Of a stretch of 64,000 nucleotides of DNA, positions 50,266-62,065 are shown piece by piece (within the stretch, counting starts at the first letter, position 1; each line of letters starts with the position of its first letter). The translations under genes and the position numbers were made by a program. A model generated the notes under the pieces. It saw only the letters and a list, made by a program, of their open reading frames with translations, had not been told where the DNA came from and made no database searches. Origin of the DNA: Promethearchaeota archaeon Loki_b32 (lineage in GTDB: Archaea; Asgardarchaeota; Lokiarchaeia; Sigyniarchaeales; SOKP01); NCBI GenBank assembly GCA_005223125.1, contig NJBH01000007.1, positions 32,001-96,000 of the forward strand. The letters are read 5' to 3'.

Positions 50266-50475
50266 TTATTGTTTAGATGAGCAATAACAATACTTCTGAT
50301 GTTTACTTATGCAACAATTACAGAAAGTTTCTCCACATAAGACACAAACGATCTCTTCGTCATTGTGAATATTCAAAGTTATTTCACAACGATTACAATG
50401 CCGATATCTCTCTGAAAATGAATTTTTATATTCTTGAAATTTTTTATCTTTCAGTTTTAAGATAAAACTTAACAT
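50266..50475 (-). CDS. Small Cys-rich zinc-finger protein
   Basis: CNRC...CVLCGETFC.CC...H...C. Confidence 0.55.
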   Translation of the reverse strand: MLSFILKLKDKKFQEYKNSFSERYRHCNRCEITLNIHNDEEIVCVLCGETFCNCCISKHQKYCYCSSKQ

Positions 50476-50612
50476 ATTTTAAACTCACATGGATTATATT
50501 TACATTATTTTGAAATTGAGTTTTAAAAACACCGAGTAAATAAAACTAAATTAAAATGATACAGTCATTTTACTAATTCTTAGATATTCCGATACTATTT
50601 CTAAGGTTAGTT

Positions 50613-50906
50613 CTATTTCAAATCATCAACTAATTCAAGAAATTCTGTATAAGGAATGGCCGTCCAACTCTCTGCAAATGAAGCACCAGCAGAACGAGAA
50701 AGCAACGAAACTTTAGTTGCTTCTAATTCGTTTTTTACTTCAAAAATATCAATAAAATCATACGGACCTAATATGGCATAATGGGCAATCCATTTAATAC
50801 TTGGTACTTTTTCTCTGACTAGCTTTAAAAACTTTTCACCTTGTTCCTTCCTTTTTTCAACTAAATCGGGATTTCGAAGTTTAGTTGCGAGTATAAATAT
50901 TGGCAC
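50613..50906 (-). CDS. GYD domain protein
   Basis: YAILGPYDF.DIFE, E.WTA. Confidence 0.85.
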   Translation of the reverse strand: MPIFILATKLRNPDLVEKRKEQGEKFLKLVREKVPSIKWIAHYAILGPYDFIDIFEVKNELEATKVSLLSRSAGASFAESWTAIPYTEFLELVDDLK

Positions 50907-51437
50907 AATATATGCATGAGTAATCTTTAGCTATAAACATTACTTTAGATCAATTCTAGATGAGGTTTAATTTACTCATGAAATAAGCTGAAATTGATTT
51001 TCATGAACGGAAGAAGAATAAAATGAAAAAAAAAGAAATATTTGTTCTTATCTCATTACTCCTTAAAAGTTCAAAAAGAACGAATCACTATTTACCTTTT
51101 TGTAATAATTATAAATAGGAAATATTTAAATTTAAGCCTTAGAGACTGAGAAAGTACTGAAATTAAAAATAAATAAGTGTAGTATTGTGTGTTATTTTAA
51201 AAGAAATCATTTTAATGAACTTTCTTCTTATTATCTCATATTAAACTATTAGGATAAAGATTTATGAAATTCGTATCTGTACAGATAGAAATTCTAGAAT
51301 CAAGAAAAGATTCTATCATAATTTTTAATATATTAAGATTCAAGATATTCTTAATTTATCAATACAATATAATATACCTTAAATTAAATCATTAAATTAA
51401 TCTTCTAAAATCATTAAAATCGTAATTGTGATGTGTT

Positions 51438-52427
51438 TTGAAAGAAAAAGCTTTCTTAAAATATCTTCTAGACAATAAAGTATCTCAAGAACAAGCCGAT
51501 ATATTTGTTTCCAGGCTCGATGATTTTAATAAATTTCTAAAAACAGAAAATTTAGATGTTGATTCAATTCCTAATGGTAAAATACTCGAATATACAGAAC
51601 ATTTAGTTGAAAGTAAAAGCGATACTATATTGGATTTATTAAGAGCGGTAATCAATTATGCTAATTTCACAAAAAAATATGATTATATAATTGAAGTTAC
51701 TGATATTTCAGAATCGTTTAATGCAATGGATAATCTTTATACCAGACTTGCTGATCAATTCAATGAACAAATTCGAGATGCAATATTTGAGAATGTAAGT
51801 ATTCTTCCTTTAGGAACTGATCCAGATAAAAAACCAGATATAACAAAAGTAGTTATGAAAAGATTAGAAGAAAAGCTTGGGGAAGATAAAACGATAGAAT
51901 TATTAGCACCTTGCTTACACGGTCGTCCTCTTGAACCAATTAAAAAAGATAGAGAGGATTTCATTAAATTAAACGACATTGATGTATTCATAAAACTAAA
52001 GAAACACGAATTCGTTGAACAAGCTCAAAAACACCAAAAAGAGGGAACACTATTGTATGCTCAGTATGTAGATGATGAAGTAGTAGAATATATAAAAAAT
52101 TCTCCAACAATTACTCCCGGAATAAGAAAAGGAGACAAAATAATAGCTACAAAAACACCTTATCAAATTAAAAAATTTCTGAATGCTAAAGAGGAAAAGA
52201 TGAAAAGATATTATAGTTGTTATTGTGCTTGGGTACGTGGTGCAATTAAAAATGGTACTGAAAAAGAAATTTCTCCTAATTTCTGTTATTGCAGCACAGG
52301 ATTTACCAAAAAATATTGGGATATAATTTTCGATCAACCAATAAAGATTGAACCACTTGAAACACCTCTTACTGGAGCATTAGAATGTAAATTTGCTATA
52401 CATATTCCTAAAGAATTTCAAAAATAA
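51438..52427 (+). CDS. Hypothetical protein with Cys-rich C-terminal domain (DUF6144-like)
   Basis: CYC.WVR, FCYCS.GF.K..W..IF, ECKF.I. Confidence 0.65.
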   Translation: MKEKAFLKYLLDNKVSQEQADIFVSRLDDFNKFLKTENLDVDSIPNGKILEYTEHLVESKSDTILDLLRAVINYANFTKKYDYIIEVTDISESFNAMDNLYTRLADQFNEQIRDAIFENVSILPLGTDPDKKPDITKVVMKRLEEKLGEDKTIELLAPCLHGRPLEPIKKDREDFIKLNDIDVFIKLKKHEFVEQAQKHQKEGTLLYAQYVDDEVVEYIKNSPTITPGIRKGDKIIATKTPYQIKKFLNAKEEKMKRYYSCYCAWVRGAIKNGTEKEISPNFCYCSTGFTKKYWDIIFDQPIKIEPLETPLTGALECKFAIHIPKEFQK

Positions 52428-52523
52428 AGGAAATTATAATATTTTGCAATTTAGGTACTTTTTTAATGTAGCTTCACGTACTGACATGGCTAAAATTCTA
52501 TTTTCCTCTCCAGGTATAAAAAT

Positions 52524-53402
52524 ATGACAAAAGCAGCAGTTATCTACACAAAAGATCGTGTTTATGGTGTAAATAAGTCTTTAAAGTTATTAGCTATCAA
52601 TCCTGTTAAAGATAAAAATGTAATTTTCAAACCAAATTTCAATACTGCTGATCCTCCTCCCGCTTCAAGTTCAATGGAAACTATAAAGCAGCTTATTATT
52701 AAATTAATGGAAATGGGTGCAAAGTCCATCACAGTTGCGGAACGAAGTGGCCCAGCTAATACAGCAAAAGTGTTTAAGAAAAAGGGTTTAAATGAATTAG
52801 CAAAAGAATTAGAATTTAAGGTAATTGATTTAACTGAATTACCTAAAGAAGATTTTATCCTTAAAAAACCTGAAGGATGTCATTGGAAAGAGGGATTTCT
52901 TTTTCCAAAAATATATAATGATGCGGAATGTATTGTTGAAACGTGTTGTTTAAAGACTCATATGTATGGTGGTCACTTTACTTTATCATTAAAAAACGCA
53001 GTTGCTTTAGTACCTAAAAAATTCATGAGTGAATTGCACTCTTCTAAACATCAAAGATTGATGATCGCGGAAATTAATGCTGAATACAAAGCTGATTTAA
53101 TTATCATGGATGGTCTTATTGCCTTTGTAGATCGTGGACCAATGGAAGGTACTCGAAAGGAAGCAAATGTTTTTGTTGCTGGGACAGATAAGATTGCAAT
53201 TGATGCTGTTGGTGTTTCGATATTACGGATTCTTGGAACAACACCAGAAGTATCTAATGGTCCAATTTTTGAGCAAGAACAAATTAAAAGAGCAGTAGAA
53301 TTAGGAGTGGGAATAACTTCATCTGATGAAATTGAATTTATAACTGATTCTGAAGAAGCGGAAAAACTAGTGGCACAAATCAAAGAAAAACTAGATGAAT
53401 GA
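52524..53402 (+). CDS. DUF362 family protein
   Basis: KPNFN, LKTH..G..FTLSLKN, DL.I.DG, D.IA.DA. Confidence 0.9.
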   Translation: MTKAAVIYTKDRVYGVNKSLKLLAINPVKDKNVIFKPNFNTADPPPASSSMETIKQLIIKLMEMGAKSITVAERSGPANTAKVFKKKGLNELAKELEFKVIDLTELPKEDFILKKPEGCHWKEGFLFPKIYNDAECIVETCCLKTHMYGGHFTLSLKNAVALVPKKFMSELHSSKHQRLMIAEINAEYKADLIIMDGLIAFVDRGPMEGTRKEANVFVAGTDKIAIDAVGVSILRILGTTPEVSNGPIFEQEQIKRAVELGVGITSSDEIEFITDSEEAEKLVAQIKEKLDE

Positions 53403-53473
53403 ATAGAATTTTTTTTATATGAATAAATAAAAACTAAAATTTTTACTTATTTTTATATTCCTTCTTGGCTTTC

Positions 53474-53857
53474 TCATTCTCCTGACAAAGCGGCATGTGC
53501 TTTCTCTAAGTCATCAACTCCGAGAACTATTCTATTATTCTCAGCAAAATAGATTAGATCAATATTAACGCCAGCATCACCTATTTTACGAGCCATATTC
53601 CCCCCTGTGCCAGGTTTTCCCACAATATGACCTAGATCTACAACGAGTACTTCACGCACGGCACGTACTTCAAAACCAGCATCTTCAAGTAACCAGCGGG
53701 TTGTTTCTTCATCTTCAACCAAAATATGGACAAAGGCTTCATTTTTTAAGGGAAATCCACATAACCCTTCCATATTGATGCCATTCTTACCCAGAGTTTC
53801 ACCCATATCCGCTAATGTACCTGGTTGATTTTTTAAAACAACAGTTAAATCCTTCAA
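53474..53857 (-). CDS. Tandem ACT-domain protein
   Basis: L.NQPG.LA..., KPG.......AGVNID..Y. Confidence 0.88.
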   Translation of the reverse strand: MKDLTVVLKNQPGTLADMGETLGKNGINMEGLCGFPLKNEAFVHILVEDEETTRWLLEDAGFEVRAVREVLVVDLGHIVGKPGTGGNMARKIGDAGVNIDLIYFAENNRIVLGVDDLEKAHAALSGE

Positions 53858-54033
53858 TATTTATATCCTCCTATTATTATTTATTTAATTTATTAAATTA
53901 AATCTTATTTCGTTTTCACGAGATTTTTTTGCAATGCTTAATTATGTCTTTTCCCTATTTAAGCTTTCTTTTGAAATTTCTCTTTTATAAATAAATATAA
54001 AAAAAGATATGGAAATAGAGGAGTATTATGTTT

Positions 54034-57000
54034 TTATAGTACTGAAATAAAATCTTCTGAAGACCTATAGATAACAATATCATTTACTATTAAAGTCCAT
54101 TTGAATAGTATGATTATATGTTGTTCTGTACAATTAACAAAGCCATTTAAAATAAGTCCTTCGCCAGAAAAAAGAATATCGTCAATTAGAGTAAAATTAA
54201 TACCAGAAAGGGTTCCGGTGTCGAAAGTATAATTTTCTATTGGATAAAGATACGGTGGTACTAAAATTGAAAAGTCTCCACCATCTTCTCGATACAATGA
54301 AAGATTAACCTTTATATTATAACCCGGAGCAGAAACACTTTCATTGAAATTTTCAAGTTCAATTCTAAAGCCCGCAAGATCGTTTGGCAAAGTCATTGAG
54401 TTATCCATATTAAAATCAAAAGATATGGCAAATATTTTGACTATTATTGTTAAAATATTGGAAGTTGTATTCCCAAATTCATTCGATGCTTTCACGAGGA
54501 ATTCATAAGTTCCAGAAGTTATATCAAAAATTGGATAAGTTGTCTGTGAACTGGGCAGATTTCCGATTAACAAGCTATTATTTCTATAGATTGAATAACT
54601 TTCTGCAAGTTCAGATTCAGTCCAATTTAGTATAAAGGAACCATCAATATCAGGATTATCTGCATCACTTGATAAAATAAATGGTCTTGGCGCGAAATTT
54701 TCTAAACTATCATACGCTTCAAATGCCTCTGATCCATAACCTACCTGTCGTGTGAAAGCATTTACGAATCCTGCTAATTTTAACTGTTGCAACCCTCCAA
54801 CAGAACTATATGTAGGTATGTAATAATAAACTGTTCCTCCAAGGGGATATATAAGGGTATTTCCATTTCTGGCACCGGCAATTAAAGTAATTTCTTGTGT
54901 TGCTTCAGTTACATATGTATCTCTCGCAGTTTTAGGACCAATTAAGTTCTCAGTTGAATTTCTTGTATGATAAAAAATTGCTTCTCCAAAATTATCTCCA
55001 TGCCTTATAACGTACATTCCTGCTAAAGTCCTCGCTTCTGTACCTTTATATTCTACCAAATCTAACCCTATAAATTCTATCCCATCTCCTAGATTTGTTT
55101 CGATATAGAAAAGATCTCCATTTTCCGGTCGTTCATGAAAATCATCTCCTCTCTTCCATTTCTTTAAGTCTTGCACATGATATTTATAATTTGCTTCTAA
55201 TTGTAATTCGAATAAATTTTCAGGATATCTTAATTGAAATTTTAACCATGTAGGAATATCTTGCCAATCGTAAGCATCCATATAGTGCTTCCAAAGTGAG
55301 TATGTTGAATCAATGGTAGATTCTATTAAACTAGGATTTTTATACATAACCATTTCCCCATTTTTCACATCTACTAAACAGATTCCCAAAAATCGCAATA
55401 TTGGAGAACGTGAATATGATCCTATATTTATTGAAGTAAAAATTGAAACTGCATAATACATCTTATTATTATAACTATCAAAAACTAAATAAGGATCATA
55501 ATCTATACTCAATTGAGGTAAAAGTATTTTTCGTACACGACTTTTCACGTTTCTATTAATCAAATAAGAGTATTCACCCCCTTCAAAAACATAACCCCAT
55601 AATCCTAAGTTTACAGTATACCAGAATGCTTCTAAACCTTTAAGTACTCCATCTGGTTCACCTTCGTAAACATATTTATTGTTAGGAATTCCACCTCTCC
55701 AACCTGTATCAAGTAATATCGATTCATCATACGCTCCTAAACCCGGCTTAGAATTTTGTTGTTCTAAAAACTTCTTACTTTCAGATTCTCCAAAGAATAT
55801 TGGATAATCTTCAGAAATGTTAAAAATTGAACTAATATTAACTAACTCTCCTGTGAATGTATCCATTGCTAAGAATCCTTCAATGTGATCATATAATTCA
55901 GTATTAGTTTTGACAGGATCTCCTGAAAATTGAGATAATCTAATAGATTTTGGAGCAACCCAATATTCTGTTCCATCTATATAAACTATGTCAGAATCTG
56001 CTAATCCTTCGAATGTTGTACCTATTTTTGCTGCTAAACTCTGAACAGCAAAATCTTGATCGAATTGTCTTATCTGTGATATCATTTGAGTATCATTCAA
56101 GGGATCTGATGATAAAGTAAAATTTTCTATTGATCGTTCTTCAATCATATCCAGTCCAGCACATGCACGTGTCCAAGAGATTTCCCTATTAATTTTTTGA
56201 GTCCATTCATATTGCGAATAAACAGATGTGTTGCTAATTGTTACTGCTGGACCAATACTAGTTAGAGCAGGTAAGGTTATGAGGAAAATAAGTACACCAG
56301 CTATTATCCCCATTTTAATTCTCTGAGGTTTCAATATCACGTAATTTTTTGGATTTCTTTTTAATTTAATGCGTCCATAAATATACACTGAAATACCTAA
56401 CCCTATTAATCCTATAAAAGCAATAACTAATGACCACATTTGTAATAACTGAATCCCATTTAATGCAAAACTAGGTAAAGAAAAAAATATTATTCCACAA
56501 AAAGAACCAATTATCATCAATGCGTTTGATATTATATTATAATCATTTCTTTTCAAATAAAAATTACTTGCAATGTTTAAAACCATTCTAAAAATTAAAA
56601 TTCCTAAAATATAATAAATTAAGGGTAAATAAAGCCTCGAGTAGATAAAAATAAATTCAATATTGGTATTATTCGGATTTAGCAACACATCAAAAGCGTC
56701 GGTGAATAGTGTAAACGGTGATAGTGTTATTGCACCTTTTTCATACAAATACATAACCCATGAAAACTGACCATCGAAGTCCAATAGCATCCCAATTAAA
56801 TAAAACAGGACGAAACCACCAGTCCACCAAAAAATCAATGATTTTAGCCTAGAGGGTTTACCAAATCTTAGGCGGGTACCAATTATTGTTAATAAATTTT
56901 GATTAGGCGGTAAACTCATTATTATACAGCCAGTAATAGCTCCAATTAAAGCTGTCTTATTAAAAAAGAAATTGATTGACCAGAAATTCAAAAAATAGAA

Positions 57001-57345
57001 TTCATAATAATTAAGCCCCCCGGCTTTATTCTCATAAAGTTGAGCATTTAAGTTAATTGGCCCAAACCAGGCTGGCCAAAACCAGAAGATCGATAAAATA
57101 ACTAAAATTATTACTACAGTGGGTAATAAAATTTTTAAATATTTTTTAAATCTCGGAATTTTTTGAAACACAGAAGCTACAAGTGATTTTCTTGTAGGAG
57201 GCTTGCCAGATCCTTCAATTTTAGCAATATTCCCACGCTCTAGATTTTTTACTTGTTGTTGTACTTCATATTTTCTATTAACTTCCTGGCAATCTTCACA
57301 ATAATAGTTAAACTTCTCGTGTTTTTCGCAAGATCTTTTTACCAT
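54034..57345 (-). CDS. UPF0182-family membrane protein with N-terminal Zn-binding motif and C-terminal FN3/Ig-like domain
   Basis: Multiple TMs; I..TR.A.GL, IRQFD, I.FGE, P.L..D.DPYLV, LRYPE.LF..Q...YH, GNTL.YP. Confidence 0.8.
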   Translation of the reverse strand: MVKRSCEKHEKFNYYCEDCQEVNRKYEVQQQVKNLERGNIAKIEGSGKPPTRKSLVASVFQKIPRFKKYLKILLPTVVIILVILSIFWFWPAWFGPINLNAQLYENKAGGLNYYEFYFLNFWSINFFFNKTALIGAITGCIIMSLPPNQNLLTIIGTRLRFGKPSRLKSLIFWWTGGFVLFYLIGMLLDFDGQFSWVMYLYEKGAITLSPFTLFTDAFDVLLNPNNTNIEFIFIYSRLYLPLIYYILGILIFRMVLNIASNFYLKRNDYNIISNALMIIGSFCGIIFFSLPSFALNGIQLLQMWSLVIAFIGLIGLGISVYIYGRIKLKRNPKNYVILKPQRIKMGIIAGVLIFLITLPALTSIGPAVTISNTSVYSQYEWTQKINREISWTRACAGLDMIEERSIENFTLSSDPLNDTQMISQIRQFDQDFAVQSLAAKIGTTFEGLADSDIVYIDGTEYWVAPKSIRLSQFSGDPVKTNTELYDHIEGFLAMDTFTGELVNISSIFNISEDYPIFFGESESKKFLEQQNSKPGLGAYDESILLDTGWRGGIPNNKYVYEGEPDGVLKGLEAFWYTVNLGLWGYVFEGGEYSYLINRNVKSRVRKILLPQLSIDYDPYLVFDSYNNKMYYAVSIFTSINIGSYSRSPILRFLGICLVDVKNGEMVMYKNPSLIESTIDSTYSLWKHYMDAYDWQDIPTWLKFQLRYPENLFELQLEANYKYHVQDLKKWKRGDDFHERPENGDLFYIETNLGDGIEFIGLDLVEYKGTEARTLAGMYVIRHGDNFGEAIFYHTRNSTENLIGPKTARDTYVTEATQEITLIAGARNGNTLIYPLGGTVYYYIPTYSSVGGLQQLKLAGFVNAFTRQVGYGSEAFEAYDSLENFAPRPFILSSDADNPDIDGSFILNWTESELAESYSIYRNNSLLIGNLPSSQTTYPIFDITSGTYEFLVKASNEFGNTTSNILTIIVKIFAISFDFNMDNSMTLPNDLAGFRIELENFNESVSAPGYNIKVNLSLYREDGGDFSILVPPYLYPIENYTFDTGTLSGINFTLIDDILFSGEGLILNGFVNCTEQHIIILFKWTLIVNDIVIYRSSEDFISVL

Positions 57346-57830
57346 ATCTATTCATCTTATTAATTAAAGTTAAAAATTGTAGTTATATTTAGATTATAAG
57401 ATCTTTTATTTTAAATCTTAGTATAAGGGATTTTAATAAGGAAAAAATTGAGTTAATTCTTTTTTGATGAATTATTATTATTTTATTTTAATTTCGCTTT
57501 TCCTTTTCTTAAAATCTTAAGAATATGGGAGTCACATAAAACCTCCGAGGATCCTATTAATAGTGATACTAATTATTAATTATCCAAAAAAAATAAAATA
57601 ATAAAAAAAGGTATCTATCCATAAAAATTAATCATCTATTAGTATCCCTACTTATAAAATAGCTTCTTTACTTATTTTATAAGTAAAATTCTTTTTTTCT
57701 ATTATCTGTAAAAATAGTTAAATTTAAGCAGAGAATCAATATCAGATTGGTAAGCTCTTATAAATTTTTATTTTATTTTTTAATTATACTAAAAAAATCT
57801 AATTATGGCATAAATAAAAAAAGAAAAAAT

Positions 57831-57858
57831 AAAATCTTTGCTCAAGAACATACTCCCT
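57831..57858 (-). other. 3' arm of 23S pre-rRNA processing stem
   Basis: RNA AGGGAGTATGTTCTTGAGC..GATTTT is complementary to 61555-61583. Confidence 0.75.
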
Positions 57859-58417
57859 CCCTCTTACCATCTAAAATCTACCATCACTACTTTACCGCTC
57901 CGGACATGCACAATTCCCTCATGCCCTAAGCCTGAACCTTATGGTTCCTCTTTCAACACCACACACTCGTGCTATTGAGAGTGGCGGGCTGAATAGGTCG
58001 CCCGAAAGCTCCCTACGTACACCCCCACCTCACTAACCCCGTCTTATACGGGTGCACTCGTCTCGCATACTCAGTTCGCGTCACCGCGCCCTGATCTCGT
58101 TAACTCGCAAATAATCCATTTAGATTATGATGTATTCTTATGATTAGCTTCTGACGATCACAGGTGTGTCTTACTAACCAACACCAACCTAAATACACCA
58201 CTCACTCATTAACACTCGCTATACGAGATTGGCTGACTATTTTCGGGTCCGACTTCGTGCTTAGATGCTTTCAGCACTTATCCGTTGGCGCGTGGCTGCC
58301 CGGCAATACCTTGTCAGATAACCGGTACACTAGAGGCGCCGGCAAAATGTTCCTCTCGTACTGATTTTCCCTTACCCTCAGTCAACCTACAAACCCAGTA
58401 GATAGAATCCGACCTGT

Positions 58418-58576
<159 letters not shown>

Positions 58577-59237
58577 TTAATGGGCGTACAGCCCCACCCT
58601 TGGGAGTTATGCGCCACAGCTCCTCTGCGGAACTGCGTATGTGCGCTCCCAGGATAGGAAGAGCCGACATCGAGGAAGCAAGCCACGAGGTCGATAGGAA
58701 CTCTTACTCGTGACAACTCTGTTACCCCCGGGGTAATTTTTCTATCACCTTAACCAGCCACACGAGCTCAGTTAAGGATCGCTAGACCAGGCGTTAGCCT
58801 CAGGATTCCTTGGTGATCAGAATCCAGTCAGACCAGCTTTTGCTCTTAAACTCTTCAGCGGATTCCTGACCCGCCTGAGCTGATCATTGGTTACTCTAGA
58901 TATTGTTTCTAGAGTGAGCCGCCCCAGCCAAACTGCCCACCTGCGGGTGTTCGATGCGATTTGCATCGTTAGTGATACCAGAGGGGAAAGCCGGTGTTCC
59001 AATGATGCTCCGCCGTGACCGAAATCGCGGCATCTACGCTCCCGACTACACTCTGTATCCAATCCAGGACCACAACAACAGGCTGCAGTAAAACTCCACG
59101 GGGTCTTCTCGTCCCACTGGGTTTCTCCGGACCGTTCGCCGGAGTGTAATTTCAATCGTCAGAAGGCTGGGACAATGGGGAGAACGTTGGACCATTCATG
59201 CACGTCTGAACTTACCAGACAAGGCATTTGGCTACCT

Positions 59238-59267
59238 TACTCTCGAGAGGTCGAGACGACGTATCGT
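59238..59267 (-). other. 30-nt BHB intron in 23S rRNA (E. coli 1927/1928)
   Basis: Interrupts CTCTTA|AGGTAGC; helix CTCT/AGAG, bulges TAA/TAA, inner CGA/TCG, outer ACT/GGT. Confidence 0.92.
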
Positions 59268-61554
59268 TAAGAGAGTTATAGTTACTCCCGGCGTTTAGCA
59301 GGACTTACTCGGGTTGTAACCCGGATTTATCAGACTGCCACTGGCCAGGTTTCAGCCACTGTAAACAAGTTTTCACTCTATCAGTGACCTATGTTTTTAT
59401 TAAACAGTCGTCCCCCCCTAGTTATTGCAACTTGTGAGCCCCTTCACACTGCCGAAGCTGCGTGAAGAAGTTCGCAAGCAAGCCTTCTCCCAAAGTTACG
59501 GCTCTAATTTGTCGATTTCCCTAGCCTCCTTTACACGAATACGCCTTAGGCTACTCACCTAGGGGCACCTGTGTCGGTTCTGGGTACGATCACGGCATTT
59601 CTTACTTTTGCCTTTTTAATAGGTCCTGGGCTCGGCGGAACCTTCCACAATTGGATGGCTATTCATGGTTTAAGCTGGGTCTAAGTTTTACACTATTCAC
59701 CAGCTTTATGCATTTAAATAGGGAGATATTCGACGGCCCTATTCCACCTACCCTGAACCGTCAGCATAAAGTCGTGCGTCACCGCTATTCGTAGTGCCGT
59801 GGTACAGGAATATAAACCTGTTTCCCTTTCGCGCATACCAGTTAAGGGTACGCTTAGGATCGACTAACTCTTCGCTGACGACGCATTGCAAAGAAACCCT
59901 TGCCCTTTCGGCGGATGGGATTCTAACCCATCTATGCTTTTACTATTACCAGGATGTTCACTCCGGGCAGATCCACAGGAACTCACGCACCTGCTTCTAC
60001 TCTACCCGGACGCTCCCCTACCGGATCACGGGGTTCTTCCGCCCGTGCCCTTGGGTCTCGGTGGCAGATTTAAGCCCCGTCCATTTTCGGGGCTATATTT
60101 CTCGGCAAATGAGTTGTTACACACTCGTTAGGGAATGGCTACTTCTATACCTATCCTTTTGCTGTTTTAGAAATATAACGCCCTTCTGTTTAACACTTAA
60201 CCTGCACTTAGGGACCTTAACCCAAGTCTAGGTTGTTCCCTTCTCGGCGATGGACTTTACGCCCACCAACCCGTTTCCCAGAGTCTGCAGTGCCAGCAGT
60301 TTCGGAGTTTAAGAGCGGGGAGAGGAATTTCTTCCCCATACCACGCAATTAGTGCTCTACGCCACTGGCTGCCTCGTCTGAGACTTGGCTGATACCAACT
60401 TCGGGGAGAACCAGCTATCACCGATCTAGATTAGCCTTTTGCTCCTATTCCCAGTTCATCCAAGCGAATTGCACGTCAGCACTGGTGCAGACCTCCATCG
60501 CCCTTTCGAACGACTTCATCTTGACCAGGAATAGATCGACCGGCTTCGGGTATTATAGCAGAGACTTTTGGCCCTTTGAGACCATTCTCCTGGCCTAATT
60601 CCTTAGAAGGATTAGCTAAACGTTGTTAGAATGGCATAACCACTCGTTAACGAGTAGGTCTTCCTAATGTGATAATTAGGTTGCAAGAATATCGGTTTCC
60701 CTATGCCTACGCGCCGCAAGACGCTTAAGCTTGCCACTACTATAAACTCCCTGGCCAATGATTCCAGACTGATGATGCGACCCTAGTCCTCTGTATTCTG
60801 ATATTCTGTCACCAGAACTCATTCATGCAGAATCTGTCCTTTCAGGCCGCATCCTTAATAAGCTATTTGGTTTCAAGCACTTTTCACAGCCCTTCCGGGT
60901 TACTTTTCATCTTTTGTTCACACTACTACTACGCTATCGGTCTTGGGACATATTTAGATTTGCCAGCGTGTATCTGGCACATTCGTACGAGAAAACCATC
61001 CCGCACTACTCAGGGACTCTTGCAGCAGCCATCTAGATTACGATTACGCGGCTGTCACGCTCTATGGCTCAGCATTCCAGAGGTATTCATCTTCTCTAGA
61101 GAGGCCGTACAAGGCCCATACACCACATTTCCCATAGGTTTCCCTTGGGATTCGGTTTGATCTGTTCCGCTTTCGCTCGCCGTTACTTACGGAATCACTA
61201 TTGTTTTCTTTTCCTCCTGGTACTAAAATGTTTTACTTCCCAGGGTTCCCCTTCCCTGACGGGAATCTTGCGGATTATTAAGCCGCAAGCGGATGTCCTA
61301 TTCGAGAATCTCGGGGTCAGCGTCTTCATGCGACTAACCCGAGCTTATCGCAGCTTGTCACGCTCTTCATCGGTGCCCAAGCCAAGATATTCACCAAATA
61401 GCGGAGGCGTATTGGCGTTTAGTTGAGGAAAGATTCAGATTGCTTGCATAAGGGTTGCATATTCGGAGACGGTAAATGAATTAAGCATTTTTTTAAGCTT
61501 GCTCAATATCCTTAATGACGATTTGAGACGATAATTAGAAGACATAATTTAAAA

Positions 61555-61583
61555 AGGGAGTATGTTCCTATGAGCATGATTTT
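61555..61583 (-). other. 5' arm of 23S pre-rRNA processing stem
   Basis: RNA AAAATCATGCTCATAGGAACATACTCCCT is complementary to 57831-57858. Confidence 0.75.
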
Positions 61584-62065
61584 CATGCTTGGCGTAGCAC
61601 ATCGTTTCCTGTATCATCTCATTCATGGGGTATTTCATGCGCCGTGCTGAAGTTTTTCCTTCATGTTACTATCTTTGCCATCAAATTCTCGCATGTTTCG
61701 CCTTATGAGGTGTACTTCCACGAGGCGTTGCCAATTAAAGGTATATATCATCTATAAAAGATGAGATATCTTCTCACCAATAATTATCGATAGTAAAACT
61801 ACCATCGACAAAATATTAGAGTAAATACTTGATTAAAAATTTTATGGTCTTATAACATAAACTTTAAAAGGGAAAACAAATAATTTGAGTAATTTTAATT
61901 ATATAGTTAATAATCCTTGTTATTAATGAATGAGGGAAGTAACTGAGAGAGCAAATTAGAAAATATAGTAACTTTTATAGTTTAATTATGAATACCTTAA
62001 ATTATTAATAATAGCCACATAAGATTTCGAAGGGATAGTGGAAAGTTTATTCAGAATAGTAGCTA

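Noticed and set aside
50978-51118. Frame AEIDFHERKKNKMKKKEIFVLIS.. reminiscent of an Smr-domain start
   Set aside because: Too short and weak; cannot be supported without a search
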